Shown in pieces: positions 1-13,651 of a stretch of DNA of 64,000 nt. The stretch's first letter is position 1, and each line of letters starts with the position of its first letter. The notes under the pieces were generated by a model, which saw nothing but the letters and a program-made list of their open reading frames with translations, had not been told where the DNA came from and searched no databases. The translations under genes were made by a program, and so were the position numbers. The DNA lies in contig RSEE01000025.1 of NCBI GenBank assembly GCA_003971905.1, positions 558,001 through 622,000 on the forward strand, read 5' to 3'. Source of the DNA: Moniliella sp. 'wahieum' (lineage: Eukaryota).

Positions 1-1902
1 ATCCAGCCATTCGGGCCTTGAACGGGGCTCTGACCGCGAGCTTGCGTGGCGCCACCTATGCTCGCTCTCCACCTTCCTCGCCTCGCTCCCCATCCTCCCC
101 ATCCTCCCCCACTTCATCTACTCCCACCCCGTCCCTCCCTCGGCATCCCACCCTTCTTCCGCAACCCCCATCCCATCTGCGTCGCCGGCTATTGGAAACG
201 GGACGGCCCCCGCGGCGTCTGCCCCCTCACCCCCCCTCCCTTTACCTCGTAGGGGCTCTGGCGATTCGGGCGGGAAAGAGAAAAAGACCAAGCGGTCTCC
301 GCTCGGGTTTCTCTTGCTGGGCAAGAAGAACCGATCCAACACGCTTCCTTCGCCGCCTAGCTTGCCACCGCTTCCTTCTGTCCCCACGCTTGCCACCCAG
401 GCTTCTCCCTTCCCCACCTCGAGCGCCGCCAACTCGCCCCATGCGCCTGTTTTGCCTCTGCCCACATCACTCGCCCCCGGCGCCACCAATCAGTCCCCCA
501 CCGCCGAGGGCGGCTTTTGGTCCAGCTTGGACGACCACCCGCGCGGTCGCCCCAGGGGTCGAGTAGCAGCGACGACAGTCCACCTGTCCCTCTATTTCCT
601 CTCCGCCCCAGCCTGGCTCCCGGGCTGCGGGGTCGCAACGCCAAGGAGCGGGGGAAAGCCACTGATACCAGCGATCGTGGACGCCAAACCTTCCAAGCGG
701 AGAAAAAAGCGGTTGAGAAGGAGCGCAAGGCGCGGCTCAAGGCCGAACAGGCGTTGGTCAAGGAACTGGCATCGCTCGATAAGATCGTCAAAGCACACGA
801 TGCCAAGCAGGCAAACAGGGGCCAAGCAAGCCAAGGCCCTGGCCAAGGCCAAAGGCCAACACCCGCACTCCCCCCTTGTCCCACTGACCCCGCAGCAAGG
901 GCGCCGAGCTTTCTTCTTCGCCTGCCTCTCCCACCACCGGTCGCTCCGGCCAAGGCCAAGTCGGGCTTGGCCCGATTCAGCTTGTCAGCAAAAAGTAGCG
1001 CAAAAAGGCCGGGGGGCGACAGAGGGCGGACACATGCCCCCCGCGGCTCCCATCCCGATTCCCTTACCACCCAGCACGCCTTTGGTTCGTCCAGCCCGCC
1101 CCCATCCTTGCCGCCAGTGACAGCGCGCTGCGTACCCGCCGTCGTCTGGTGGCATGCAACGAAGCACTTCGACGCGTCGCGCGCTCGCCGCGCTCGAACA
1201 GCGCAAACCGCGCCGAACGCGGCGGTCATCGTGGTGGGCTGTCGCGCTCCTCCTTATCGGCTGCCGCGTCGGTGCGCGAGTAAGCTCCCGCAAGGCGTTG
1301 ACCGGCGCATCGCAGCGGTCGCCTTCGTCTACGCGAACCAGCAGTCGTGGCTCGAGCCACGAATGGCGCCTGTGTCGGCCACGGCGCCCCTCTCGCTGGG
1401 TGGGGCCGTGCCAGATGGGTTTGCGGTCAGGCGCCGGCGCCGGCGGCGGTGGAGGCGGAATGGATCCCCAAGACTGGGCGAGGGCCGATTGGGTCGAAGA
1501 TGAAGCGAGGCTGCTTCGTCGGACGATGATGTGGACCGGGGCGGTCGTTGGATTTGCAACGCAACCGCGAAAAGGCGGCGGCGCGCAAAGCCCAACGGCC
1601 CGCTGTGCCTGTGCCTGGTCGTGTCTGTGTCTGTGCCTGTTCCTGCACCTGTCCCGTCCCCGTCTGGGCCGGTGCCTGCACCTGCATCTCCCGACCGGAC
1701 GGGCCTACCTGCGTCCGCGACAGCTGCCACCACACGGGCTACCGACCGCGACGCGGCGCCGCGTCCCAAATCTCCCGCCTTGGCGCGCAAACCTGTGCCA
1801 GTAGAGGACCCACAGGCGCCGCTCGCGACTTCTACCTCTCTCGAGCGACTCGGTGCCGGGGCCTATGAACCGGATGCGCAACCCGGCGCAGCAAGAGCTT
1901 GA
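1..1902 (+). CDS. Probable 3' part of a hypothetical Pro/Ser-rich protein (frameshifted, 5' end outside window)
   Basis: Overlapping long + ORFs including a coiled-coil-like segment (EKKAVEKERKARLKAEQALVKELASLDKIVKAH). No family recognised. Confidence 0.35.
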
Positions 1903-2752
1903 CCGCTTTGTCTTTCCCCGGTCGCCTGCGACGGGTGGGCCGGGCTAGAGGGGTGCAAGAGAAAACCAAGAGAAACAAAACGAGAAAGAGGAAGCGGGAT
2001 GGGGATGATGGGGTACGGGCGGGGGGTGAGGAGTGTATCTTGTATCTTAGATCGATGTGCTGCATCCTCGTGGGGCTGCGCGCGCTGTGGGCGGGCAGCG
2101 TGGCGTGTAGACGGGGGGGGGCGTAACCGGTAACTTGGCTATATGCGGCGTCCGATGGCACCGAGTGTACTGATGCATGATGCATGATGCCTGGCCGACG
2201 TAATCGACGTGAGCATCAATGATTAATGAATGGTTCGATGGGAGGGCACCTGCAATTTGAAACAGAGGCAGTGTTGTGTTGGCCGCCACCTACCGCGTGC
2301 GCTCGACGCGGCCCCCCGCGGCCGATCGCCCGCGCCGGTCCGGCACGGGCGCAGTGTCGCGCCGCCTGTGCCCTGTCCGCCCGGGCACGGGGCACAGGCG
2401 CAGTGTGCGCCCGACGGCGCGGAGTGTTGGCGCATCGCTGATCCGGCCGTCCCTGACAGCGGCGGCGTGCCGCTGTGCTGGGTGCTGCGTGGGGAGGCAG
2501 CGGAGGCAGCCCCCGAGCGGCGGGGGCGCAGGGACCAGGTGGGGTGCGTGACGCATGGCGTGCGATGCATGATGCATGCATGATGCAGCGTGCATGCTGC
2601 CCGCAGCAGGCAGCGCAGCGGCGGGCAGCATTTAGCAGCAGCACCGAGCACTGCCACCCAGCACCGTCGGCGGCCGGTCGCTTGTGGCCGTACGCAGGAC
2701 TCGGTGCGCATATTCTGCCCCCCTCCGCCTCCATCGCCCCGCGCCCGCCCCC

Positions 2753-2993
2753 ATGAGCGCTGCGGACGTCATCACGCAGGTCGCGCCCGGCCAGACGGTG
2801 CTGCCGCTGGCTGTGCCCCGTCTGAATCCGCCTGCCGCTGCCGCGCCCGCGCGCTCCCTCCGCCCCCTCGGCGTCCGCCGGCGTCCCGCCGGCGCCGACC
2901 CCGTCACCGCCGCTGCCGACGCCGCCCGCGCACACTTTCTCCAGCAGCAGCGCCACGCCCGCCACGCCTTCGGCCTGCCCCCCACCCCCCCCC

Positions 2994-3046
<53 letters not shown>

Positions 3047-5059
3047 CGCTCAGCCCCTCGACCCCCCCCCCCCCAGGACCCTCCCCATGCCCCGCTGCGC
3101 CCCACCTCCTCCGCCGATCCCCCCCCCCCGCCTCCCCATCTCATCACCCAGGCCCCCAGGCCATCGCCCCTGCCCACGCTTACCTCTGCCCCGGCCGTCG
3201 CAGGCCAGACGAACGTCGACCAGTCCTTGGCCGCCGACAGCGAAAAACCTGCTGCGGCCGCCGTTCCCTCTGCCTTTGCCTCTGCCCGTCACGCCCTCGC
3301 TCCCGCCCCATCGCGCTTCTCGGCCACCGATGCCAGTGTGTGGCACAAGTTGTTCTTGCTCCTTACCTGCTCATCCGTCAGCTCTCCCGACCCTGCCCCG
3401 CCCACATCCAATGAATCGTGCGCCCACGAGAAGCCCCCGCCAGCAGGCGAAGGCAGCAAGCAGCTGACCCCCCCGCAACCTGCTACCCAATCGCCCTCCA
3501 ATGCCCTGCGGCCCCCACGTCCCAGGGCTCCCACTCTGGCACACCTTTTTCGACCGGAGAAACCCTGACTTCGGCACCGTCGGCTTCTCCTGGCAAACGG
3601 GATACAACCACGCCTACGCTGGACGAAGAAAATGGACGAGCGAGCGCAGCAGGTGGCACATCCACCTTGTCCAAGAACATGGCCACCGCCAGTTCCTTGG
3701 CGCCCTCCACCAAGAACGATCCCCTTGTTGACACGGCCGATCCTTCTGCCGCACGAACGTTGAACGATATCCCCGAACCCAGCACGCCTGCCATTCCTGC
3801 CACACCCTCGATGGCCTACAACCTCCAAGCACCCTCGATGCGCCACAAGCGCTCGACCGACTCGCGCTGGACCCATGATTCACGTAGCAGCTCGCTCTTT
3901 GCCGGGAACCAGGCGATCGTCGGAGGCACCGTTTTGCCCAGGGACGAAACGGAGGATGTGCTGTCAGCAGCAGTGATGCCGCCGGCTCGGCCTTGGCCCC
4001 GCCAACGCCCAAGATGGACCACCGATCGGTGCGGACCATTACGCCTTCCTCCTCTTCCGTGGTGGAATTGTTAGAGGCAGCACACGGCGATCCAGCCCCT
4101 GAGGACAATAGCATCGTCCCAGCCGGAGACCCAGGAGTCGGTCAGGGTCTTGGCCTGGATCCTCACACCCTCTCTCCCCCCAGGGGAGATGGCAGACACG
4201 CCCTCGCCGGCCCCCGTTGTCTCGTCGGAGGAGGAGGAGACGACGGCGGCAGCAGTTACCTGGCCGACGAGACGGACGAAGGGGAGGGGTGTCCGAAGAG
4301 CAAGCGGCCTATCTGGATGAGCAATGGCTCCAATGGGAACAACAGCAAGAACAACGGTTGATCATGCAAGGTGGTGCAGGCATCCCTCACGACGAGATGG
4401 GCAACCCGCACCCGTTGCTTACCGACTTGCTTCCGATCGACCAGGACGCAAGTGTCTCGTACTCGACTTGGATGAGACCTTGGTCCACTCCTCGTTCAAA
4501 CTCGTCCCCAATGCCGACTTTATTGTGCCGGTCGAAATTGAGGAGGTGGTGCACAGTGTGTACGTGGTCAAGCGGCCTGGGGTGGACGAGTTTTTTGCGC
4601 CGGATGGGGGAATTATTTGAGATTGTAGTCTTTACCGCTTCGTTGAGCAAGGTATGCATCCCCCTCTTCCCCCGCTTCCCCTCCCCTTCCCCCCCTTGTC
4701 CAATTGTGTGCGTTTGCCGGGAAACTGACTTTGGCCTGGGTGCTGTTGGGAAGTACGCGGACCCTGTACTGGATCTCCTGGACATACACCACGTCGTTCG
4801 CCACCGCTTATTCCGCGAATCATGCTTGCAACACCGTGGGATCCTCGTCAAAGATCTCTCACAACTGGGGCGGCCGGTAGGCGATGTGATCATTCTTGAC
4901 AACTCGCCGGCCTCGTACATTTTCCACGCCACCAACGCCGTTCCCGTCTCGTCGTGGTTCTCCGACCCGCATGATACCGAGTTGTTGGACATGTGCCCGT
5001 TCCTGTAAGACTTGGTTGGCGTGCAAGATGTACGAGCGGTGCTCGACTGTGCCCTCTGA
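2753..5059 (+). CDS. PSR1: NIF/FCP1-family (HAD) CTD small phosphatase, Psr1/Psr2/SCP1-like
   Basis: [16 protein letters not shown] motif, [49 protein letters not shown]. Intron 4652-4753 (gtatgc...actgac...aag). Several frameshifts and an in-frame TAA at 5006-5008. Confidence 0.92.
2995..3047 (+). repeat. (CTCCTG)n hexamer microsatellite inside the phosphatase N-terminus (likely Pro-Ala repeat)
   Basis: About 8 tandem CTCCTG units read directly. Confidence 0.9.
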
Positions 5060-5060
5060 A

Positions 5061-5100
5061 TGGAATGGAATGGAATTGAGTTGGATTGGATTGGATTGAT
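5061..5100 (+). repeat. (TGGAA)/(TGGAT) pentamer microsatellite just after the stop codon
   Basis: tggaatggaatggaattgagttggattggattggattga. Confidence 0.8.
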
Positions 5101-6295
5101 TGCATTGGTTTGGTCGGTGGTCGGTGGTCGCTTGGGGGGTCCTCCGAGCCTTGTATCGCACACCCCACCACCCAACCCGCTCACCCTGCCCCCCTGCACC
5201 ACCACCCCGTGGCTTGCTTTCGGTGAGGCGGTGCCGCGCCCAGTATATATGCCTTCCTTCCTACCTGTCTACCTGCTGTGCCCATTTCCCGCATCTTCCT
5301 GTCCCTACTCTTCCCCCATGCATCCCATCCTCGGCCTTACTACTGTTTGCTGCAATTCTCGACCTCTGTCTGCATGCGTGGGAACGTTGGTACGTCTGGT
5401 TTCATGGATCATCCCCTTGTCGACCTCCCCCCTCCCGCTCCTTTGTCCCACCCTCCTGCTCCCCTCTCCTCTGTCTGTCTCGCCGTTGTGCTGCTCCTCG
5501 TGTTCTATTCTGTTCTGTTCGCCTTCGACCACTGTTGCCCATTGCTCATTGCCAATTGCCCAGTGCCCATTTCCCATTTCCCTTGACCCCCATCCTTTTT
5601 CTCTCTCTCTCCTCACTGTTCTCCTGTTGCTGCTGGTTTGCGCCTTGCCTGTGCCAACCGGGGCCGGGCGCGGAAGAGCACAGCACGCCATCGCTCCCGC
5701 CCCACTCCGCACGGTACGGTACTCACTGTGGCGTAGGACGGCCCAGCCGGATGTTCACTCCCTCCTGCTCTGTTGCAATTCACATTCTGCATCCAGCTGA
5801 CTTTGGCGGGCAAAGGGCTGACGGGGTGCCAGGTGCCAGGTGACCGGTGCCCGATGCACGGTCGGGGGTAGGAGATTTTCCCTGTACCATTGCATATACG
5901 AACTGAGATAGGCAGTGGTATAGCGTACGTTGTGCGAGAAGCGAAGATGGAGGATTGAAGCATAGTTGGCATTGGGGCCGGGGAATTGAGGACTGATGAT
6001 GCGATGCGGAGTGGACGGTGGATGGGTCGCGTGTGGAGCCACATGGGATGTGCAGGTGACGATGCATGATGTATGTATGGTGCCAGCAGGGGCCGATGGC
6101 GCGCCGTCGGGTGAGAGTCACTAGTCACACAAGACAGGTACTGAGTAGGTGGCGATGAGGCAGTGGTGTATGGCAGTACAAGGGAGGCAACTGGGAGACA
6201 AGCGCAGGGCGGTGCCCTTGGACAATTCCATTTCCCTTCCAAAGCTTCAGCTTCATCAGGAAAACCACTAGGCACTATACTCCGAAGTACACTGG

Positions 6296-6533
6296 ACTGG
6301 ATGATGAGACCTGGAGTCCTGATGGTCCTCGAGGGTGATGCAATCGCACTGGTGGTGGTGGTGGTGGTCTAAGCCAACCAGCAACGTCTACAGAGGAACA
6401 ACAAGCAGCGAGTCGCCACCAGGGGCTAACCTGCGGAACAGGGAAAAAAGGAGAGAGAAAACACGGAACTCCCAGGCCTGAGGAGGAACTGAAGGGACAT
6501 TGGCCAAAGCACGAGCCACCCGATGACTCAACA
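6296..6533 (+). repeat. Dispersed repeat family B, copy 1 (~240 bp)
   Basis: Colinear and highly similar to 63609-63847 (atgatgagacctggagtcc...gtggtggtctaagccaaccagcaacg...gaagggacattggccaaagc...ctcaaca). Confidence 0.93.
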
Positions 6534-7652
6534 TGACATACCGACCAAAGCCGGTGTGGGGCTCTCTTGTGCTCGTCTTGGTCGGCCTCGACGGCACTAT
6601 GGCGAGTAGGACGGGGGCGCTCCGGTTATTTCCTGACGCTGAACCCCGCATGTCGTAGACATCTCTCATCCAAACATGCGTTAGTTAGACTAGCGAGAGA
6701 GAACCAGCGGAAACCTTATCTACTGATGCTGCGGATATATCACATGGCCCGCCATGGTCGCATGGGCTCATCGGTACGATGCGTTGTGCCTGTCGCGCCT
6801 AGTCCTGCTGCGCCCGATCGCCCAGTGTCAGCGCCTGTGAGAGCATGGGCTGCGTATTAAGTAGTCTTCCCCTCTCTGGAAAGTTCCCCGGATCTGTTTA
6901 TACCTGTCATGAGGCACTTGAGGGCTGGTTCCTTCTGTATATAAGCAGCCATAGGTCTATAAGGCTTCCGCTGTGGTCCTTATTGACCATCCTGTCCACC
7001 TGTTACACATACCCCTTTTACAACCTTTCCATCTCTCTTCCACTTTCTACCATCCTTACGAATTTACGACTCGCGTCTCGGTTCCACTGCAAGCGGCAGT
7101 TACTCGCTCTTGCTCTTCATTAGGACTCCGTCTGATTCCGCCTACTACAGCGCGTCGAATGTGGCAACGCCCCAGGTAATCCAGGTTACCCCAGAGTTCC
7201 TGGGCCCCTTCAACAGGGCCTTTGCACGCAGGCAGCCACTCTACCTAGAGGGTGTGTCCCTCGCCTCCCCACCAGCTCGGTTGGACCAGGATCCGAGGCC
7301 TAACATACCGTACGTGGCTCCGATTGGCCGTCCAAAGCAGAACCCCTAAAAACTCCAGGGGTGGAGCCCATCTCGCGACTCCTCCATGACCTATACCCTG
7401 CTTTCAGCGCTCACTTGGAGACGGCGTGGGCAGTGGGGTGCGGTACAACCGCCAGAGCAGCGCCTGGATTCACTTGCGTTGGAGGGTTACGTGTTACGGG
7501 GCAGGTTGCTTGGGCCCATTGCTCTCGTCTCAGACTCAGAAGTCAGCAGGTTAGGTCGCCGGCTCGCCGGTGCACATGCGCTGGAGCTTGTCACATGTCA
7601 CAAGAGACAGTCACCGATCATCGATCACTAGGTCACTAGCACTACGGCAAAG

Positions 7653-9802
7653 ATGATGCTGATGATGTCACTGGATCGGAGGCCGCCAGGCGGCACACTG
7701 CCCAGCTGCCCGCTCTCGGGCACGGGGCAGCCGGCCAGCCTGGGCCACGCAGACCCAACCCCCTCTGTCCGCCTCGCTCGCTCTTCCCTCTCCATCTCGC
7801 CGCATGGCCGACCCTCCCCCCCGCTCGCTGGGTGGCTACGTGCTCGCGCCAGCGCCTCCGCCCGTCGCCTGGCGCGCAACCTGCGCCCCGGCAGGCGCAG
7901 CGCGTACAAGATGGCCGTCTTGACGCTGCTCACTAGCCTGGCCCAGAGCGTGCCGCTGGCCAACATGTTTGCCGTGTACAAGCGCATCGTGTGCCGCGTC
8001 CAGGCCAGTGCCTGGGGCCCCGCCCTCGGCGCACCCGACGGTGAGACGAGCTGTGATGATCCCTGGGTCGCTCAGCGCACATCCAACTACGCCGCCGCCA
8101 TGGCCACCACGGGCGCGCTCTTTGCTCTTCTTGTCCTTGCCCGGGTCACAGCGCTGACCGAGCGCTTTGGTAGGAAACCGCTATTGCTCGTCACGCTCCT
8201 CGTTCTGACCGTCGGGTACAATGTCTACGCCGTGGCACCCCTCGTGCCGGACGCGATTGCATCGGCTGCGCTCATCTTTGTTTGCCGTTATCTTTCTCGA
8301 GGCCGCGCAGGGCTTGTGCTACGCACCGCAATGCAAGAGTACGTTGTCGACACCACCCGGCCCGACGACCGGGCCGGGATGCTGTCGCTGATCGAAGGGG
8401 TGGGCCAGCTGGGCGCGTTCCCTGGCTCATCGCTGGGTGGCTACTGCCTACGCTGACGGGCTTGTTTGATGCCCCCTTTTATGCGGCCTCGCTTACGTTT
8501 GCCGTGGGCTTTGGCTATGTTGGTCAGCGTGCCCGAATCCAAGCGCTCCACTGCTCACCATTTTTGGGACGGGTGGCAGTACGAGACCGAGTCGGAGCCG
8601 TCGGCGTCCGGGCGGGCCGACCGACCCAGGAAGCTCGTTTGCCCGCCACACATGGTACGATCGGGATTGTGCGCATGGCCGCCCCGGCTAGGAAGTCGAG
8701 CGAGTACCGTGTCGGCCACGTCGGCCCCGAGCTCGAGGTCGCTGATTCTCGTTGGCCCACCTTTCTCTATCCGCTTGTTCCTCCTTGGCCCTGCGCCGCA
8801 AGATCAAGGCAAGCGGGATGGGCCGGAGCGGAACGGATGCGTTGGATGCGCCGTCACTTGGCAGTGGTGATTGTGCTGGAAGAAGCGTTTCAAGTGTTTA
8901 TCCTGCCCCTGCTGTTGCTCTACAATGCCGATGTGCTGCACGCGGCGTGGAGCAAAATGGGATGTTGATTTCTGTGCTTCAAGGCTCCCGCGCCCTGTTC
9001 CTCGTCATCATCTTCCTTCTCTCCTCACCCACTTGCGCCGCTTCACTGCCCACTTGGCCCAACGCCGTCGCCCTGTCCCCGGCCCGATCCGACTCTGCTC
9101 CCGGGCCCGCTCCCGGCCCGATCCGCTCGGAGGCGGAACCGAGCGAAACCTCGCCCTTGCTCGTTTCCGCCGAGCAGCACAGGCGCCATGCCGACGAGCA
9201 CGTTCACTGGCCCTCCTCTCGCCCCCCCGAAGATACGAAGAAGATGAGGAGGCAGGAGAGGGTGCACCTGGCAGTGACAGTGACGCGGGCGACAACTCCG
9301 TGTCAGCCGGGGCGGGGGCCGATAAGGAGGGGGCGCAGGTAGGTGCGCTGGACGCGGGGATCATGGTGCTGTCGTACCTGTGTAGCTGTGCTGCGTTCCT
9401 GCTGATTGCCGCCAGCGGCAGTCGGCGTGCGCCGGGGTGGATGGGACGGCACCCGTTCTGGGTGCAGAGCACGGCCCTCGTCTTGCTCGAGATGGCGCGG
9501 GCGGAACAAGTTTGCGGACGGCCTTGTTTGTCAACCAGACGCCCAAGGATCTGCAGGCGCAGGCGCTGGCGGCGTCGCAGATGATGTGTGCGCTGGTGTA
9601 CTCGGTGACGCCGCTGCTGCTGAGTGGGATCTATGCGTGGTCGCTGCCGGCGGGCATGCCGGGGACGGTGTGGGTGGTCAAGGCGGGCTTGGCGGCGGCG
9701 GCGGCGGTGGTGTCGGTGCCTCTGTGCGTGACTCTCTGGGGGGATCGGCGGGAAGGCGGGGGTACTGACGCTGTGTGGGCTGGCAGGCTGTGGGAGACGT
9801 GA
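7653..9802 (+). CDS. MFS transporter (SLC46/YJL163C-like)
   Basis: TM helices, TALTERFGRKPLL (MFS motif A variant), YVVDTTRPDDRAGMLS, luminal C...CDDPWV loop. Multiple frameshifts. Confidence 0.8.
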
Positions 9803-10058
9803 GGCGGGTGGTGGTGTTAATGAGTGGATGCATGCTGGGAGATGCGGCGGCTGCGGCCGCAGCAGAAGACGGCGACAGCCAGCGTAGCGCCAGCGCAGGG
9901 CAGACAGGCACGGGGCCAGTGCTCGTAGGCGAGCGCTGCGGTGACGTCACAGAGGGGCGCCGTGCGGGCGGGCCCGTGGGGGGCAGTGCTGGCACTGGCC
10001 GCGGCTACGGCGCGCGCGGCCCGCCAGCGCCGGTGCTCCAAGCGACCACCCCTGCAGG

Positions 10059-13000
10059 ATGCCGCCGGGGCTGCCCAAGCCAAACCACCGCGCGCTGGTC
10101 GATGCATGCTACCCGCCCCCCAAGGCGCTCCTCGCCGCCGCGCCCGAGTACCGCCCCAACTCCAACGAGCTCGGAAAGCTCGAGTACTACGCCGCCAACA
10201 AGCCCCCCAAGCTCCTCAAGGTCGGCCATGTCCTCCCGAGCGCGCCAAGACCTATGCCCGCCATCTCGCCCGCCCCCACGACCACGACAAGGCCGCGCTC
10301 ATGGTCACCCTCGCCATCGCCGAGGCCCTCGTCCACAACACCCCCCTGAGCCTCAACTACTTTGAAAAGCCCGTCCAGGCCATCCTCCTCGCCACCCTCG
10401 GCGCTGCCCGCACCGCCGCGCCCGGCGGAAAGCGCGACATTGAGCTCACCATGCGCGCCGCCAGCCTCTTCTATGCCTTCACCACCCTCATCGACCCCCA
10501 GATCACCATCCTCGACGTGGGATCGCGCTCCTCGCTCAGCGCGCTCCTGGTGGATTTTGCCGCCTGGCCTGTGCCGACCCCTCGGCCAACCTCAAGGGCT
10601 TGGACCAGGACGACACGGCACGTGCGCGTCTTGCCGGGCTCGCCGCCTTGCGCGGGCTGGTGAGCGGGGAACTACTTTATGGCTCGAACTTTGCCCAACT
10701 CACTGCCATCCTCCTCCCCGCGCTGTTGGTCAACGTGACCCGACCTCCGACAAGTCTGCCTCGGCTACCGCGGCTGGCCCCGTGGCTGGCGACACGATCG
10801 ATCTCGCCTATCTCGACGAGCCGCTCGCGAGCTGACGCCGTCCGACTTGGAGGAGGACCTGGCTGCGGCCGCGCACTCGACGCGCGGCCAACTCGCCTCG
10901 CGCACCTCCCCGTCCCACTACGCCACCGAGCGCGCTCGGCGCACACGGAGCAGCCGAGAATGGGGCGGCTCCTGCGCACGATCCGACCTTGTCGGCGCGC
11001 AACGTGGTCCAAGAAGCGATGCACATTCTTCATGCCCTCCTCTCGAGCGCAGATGCCGGCCAGCTGCAGCTGTTGACCGCCCAGACGCTGGACTTTATCG
11101 AAGGCAAGCGTCCCGCTGCCCACTCCTACTGGCGAGCTACGGCGTGGTGCACCTGGCTTGCCAACCTGTACGTGTTGTGGACTGGCGTGCAGTACCGCTG
11201 CACGTTAGTCCATGTACTGGCCGATCGGCTGATGGACGCTGGCACCGATGCGCGTGGCACCCACCGCATCGCAACCCAGCCCAGTGTGCAGCAAGTAACG
11301 CTAGTGATGATGATTCAACGCGTGTTGGAGAGCAATGTGTCCCTCATTGGCCTGGCCACCTCCGAGCTGGTCGACAAACTTCCTCAGCTTGACCATTCAG
11401 CGTGTGCATGCCGACTTGGACGACCCTTTGCTCCCGCCTGGTGCGTACGATTGGGGCGCTGAGCAACCATGTTACTATGCCGAGCAAATGGCCACATTGC
11501 GGAAGAAAAATTTCCGAGGCGGATTGAGGTTCTGCAACGGCCGGAATCGGACATTGTCGCCGTCGCGGCTGGGGAAACCGAATCGCTCTATGGCGGTCAT
11601 GCCCCCGCTCACCAGGCTGATACCAATGAAGAACAGCAAAAGGACGAGAGCATTCGCGTTTTGCTCTATGCATTGATGGCCACCCTGCGCAACTTGAACT
11701 CGGATACGTTGCTGCCCCAGCCTGCGGCCAAGATCGAGGTGGACGCCCAAGGGGACGTGTTTGAAGATGCAGAGCGCGGAAGCCAGGACGGCTCGGACGT
11801 GGCACCGATCGACGGGTCAACACCTTTGGCTGCCCCCCCAGCGGCAGGCGCCAAGGGAGGCTTGAAACGACCGGCTCATGCATTGTCCAACAAGACGGTG
11901 GCTAACATTCCGCTGAGTGTGTTGCACCCCATTTCAGGACTCTTGGCGTGGCCTTCGGCCATTTGCCGCCTCGCCTTTGCCCAGACCCTGGTCCTCTTCC
12001 TTCGCGCCGAGACGACATCGACTGGCTCCGCCGTGAGCGAGCTGCCGGCTACCGAGGAGGCCAAGGCGAGCGTCGCAAGACACCGTGGAACAATGCCTAC
12101 ATTCGGGTCGGTGGAGCAGACGATCGGCACACTCCATGCCGTGTCGGCAGGGTTGTTTGAGCTGTGCGTAGCGCGTGCCCTGTTCGTGCCGGATAATGTG
12201 ACATCGCCTCGCACCCTTGACTTGCTCGTTGGCGTCGAAAGTTACCAACAGCAACGCGCAACGGCCGATTGTGCCCGATTTTATTGCGTCGGCCAATCCC
12301 GTTGATTATGGGGCGATCAAGGCGATCCTGGAGAACGCGGTCAACCACCTGCCCGTCTCGGCCTTACTGGCTCGCTGCCCATGCTGATGTACCTCGAAGA
12401 CCAGCCCCCTCGCGCTTGGCGTCTAAGTTTGAGCGGCGCGAACACTACCTCATCCCCACATTGTGGGGTGGGATCGAGGTGCAGCGGCTGTACGCGATCA
12501 AGGGGGTTATCCTTCACACGTATGCTTTGGCGGCTCAAAAAGTGGGCGCCTACGAACTGCACAACATGTTCCTGGACGTACGTCTTGCTTCGTCGGATAC
12601 CCGTCTCTTACTTGTTTTTGTCCATGGCTAACGCTAACGTTCTCTTTTCTGTTTGTCAGCACCTCGAAACGCTCCCACCGACAGAAATGAACATGCCCTT
12701 GGCGCCCTTGTCGCTTCAGCCGCCGGAAGATGTGTCGCCCTTCCCCCCTGGCGACGCGCCGGCTGGGTTTGAAGAGACGGTGCTCAAGATGCTGCCCGTG
12801 ATTGACCACGAAACGCTCATCTCGTACTTTAGCAAAGCGCCCGCCCTGCAGGCGGCAACGACGTTGAGCCAGGCACAGTTGGCCCAATGGTTCCGCCGCC
12901 CCTGGTCTGTAGAGCAAGCGGTGTCCGACAGCTTCAATGGCACCTCTCCCTTTGCGGCCAAGGCCGACGACACGGGCTTTGGTCCGTCGGATTACTCGGG

Positions 13001-13651
13001 GCTCAACCTGGTTTCCCCCACGGCCTGGTCCGCCGGACATGGGGGCAAGTCACTCGCCTCGGCCTCGTTGCTTCAGCCCCATTTGGTCGGTGGGGGCGGG
13101 GCAACCTGGCGCGGCGGGTTGCCCGGCGACTCGCGCGCCTCGTATCGCCGCAGCATGGGTGCGGGCAGTGTAGGGCCCAAGGAACGCTCGATGCTACCCG
13201 GCGCGGCTGGTCGCAATGGCGAACACGACGGAGGAGGCGGGATCGGGATCGCTGTTCCGCCGTGCTCCCTCAGGGCCGAGACACGAGGGGCGGGCCGACG
13301 ACGGTATCGGACTTACGTTCGGCGTTGGCCGGTGTGCCGCCGCCGTCAGCCCGTCTCGAGTCGGACGAGGACGATTCGAGCGATGCCGACTCGGCGGACC
13401 GGCCGGGCGCCACCGCATCCAAGGGAAGGGAGGAAGTGTTGGTGCCGGTGGCCAAGGGCCGAGGGGGCTCCCATCGTCATGCACCGGGCGGGGCGCGGCG
13501 GGGTCGTACGCCTGCCCTCCCTGCGGGCGAGACAAGCTCGGTGGCGGACTTGCTTGATGCGCTCCACATTGCTCCGCCCTCGACGGTGGCCGAAGAGGCC
13601 GAGGTGGGCTCGGCCGTCCCTCCGCCGCCCGTACCGGGCTATGCGATGTGA
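10059..13651 (+). CDS. EFR3: EFR3 plasma-membrane PI4-kinase scaffold
   Basis: N-terminal KPNHRALVDACYPP...YRPNSNELGKLEYYAANKPPKLLKVG, WTGVQYR, LIGLATSELV, YYAEQ. Intron 12578-12659. Frameshifts. Confidence 0.9.

Noticed and set aside
2216..3876. Many long antisense and alternative-frame ORFs (poly-Leu, SCSC, QEQE)
   Set aside because: Artefacts of high GC and the CTCCTG repeat overlapping the real phosphatase gene.
6845..7560. Solo LTR or degenerate TE (TATA-like tatataag, AT-richer)
   Set aside because: No second copy, TG..CA termini, TSD or recognisable protein motif could be established.
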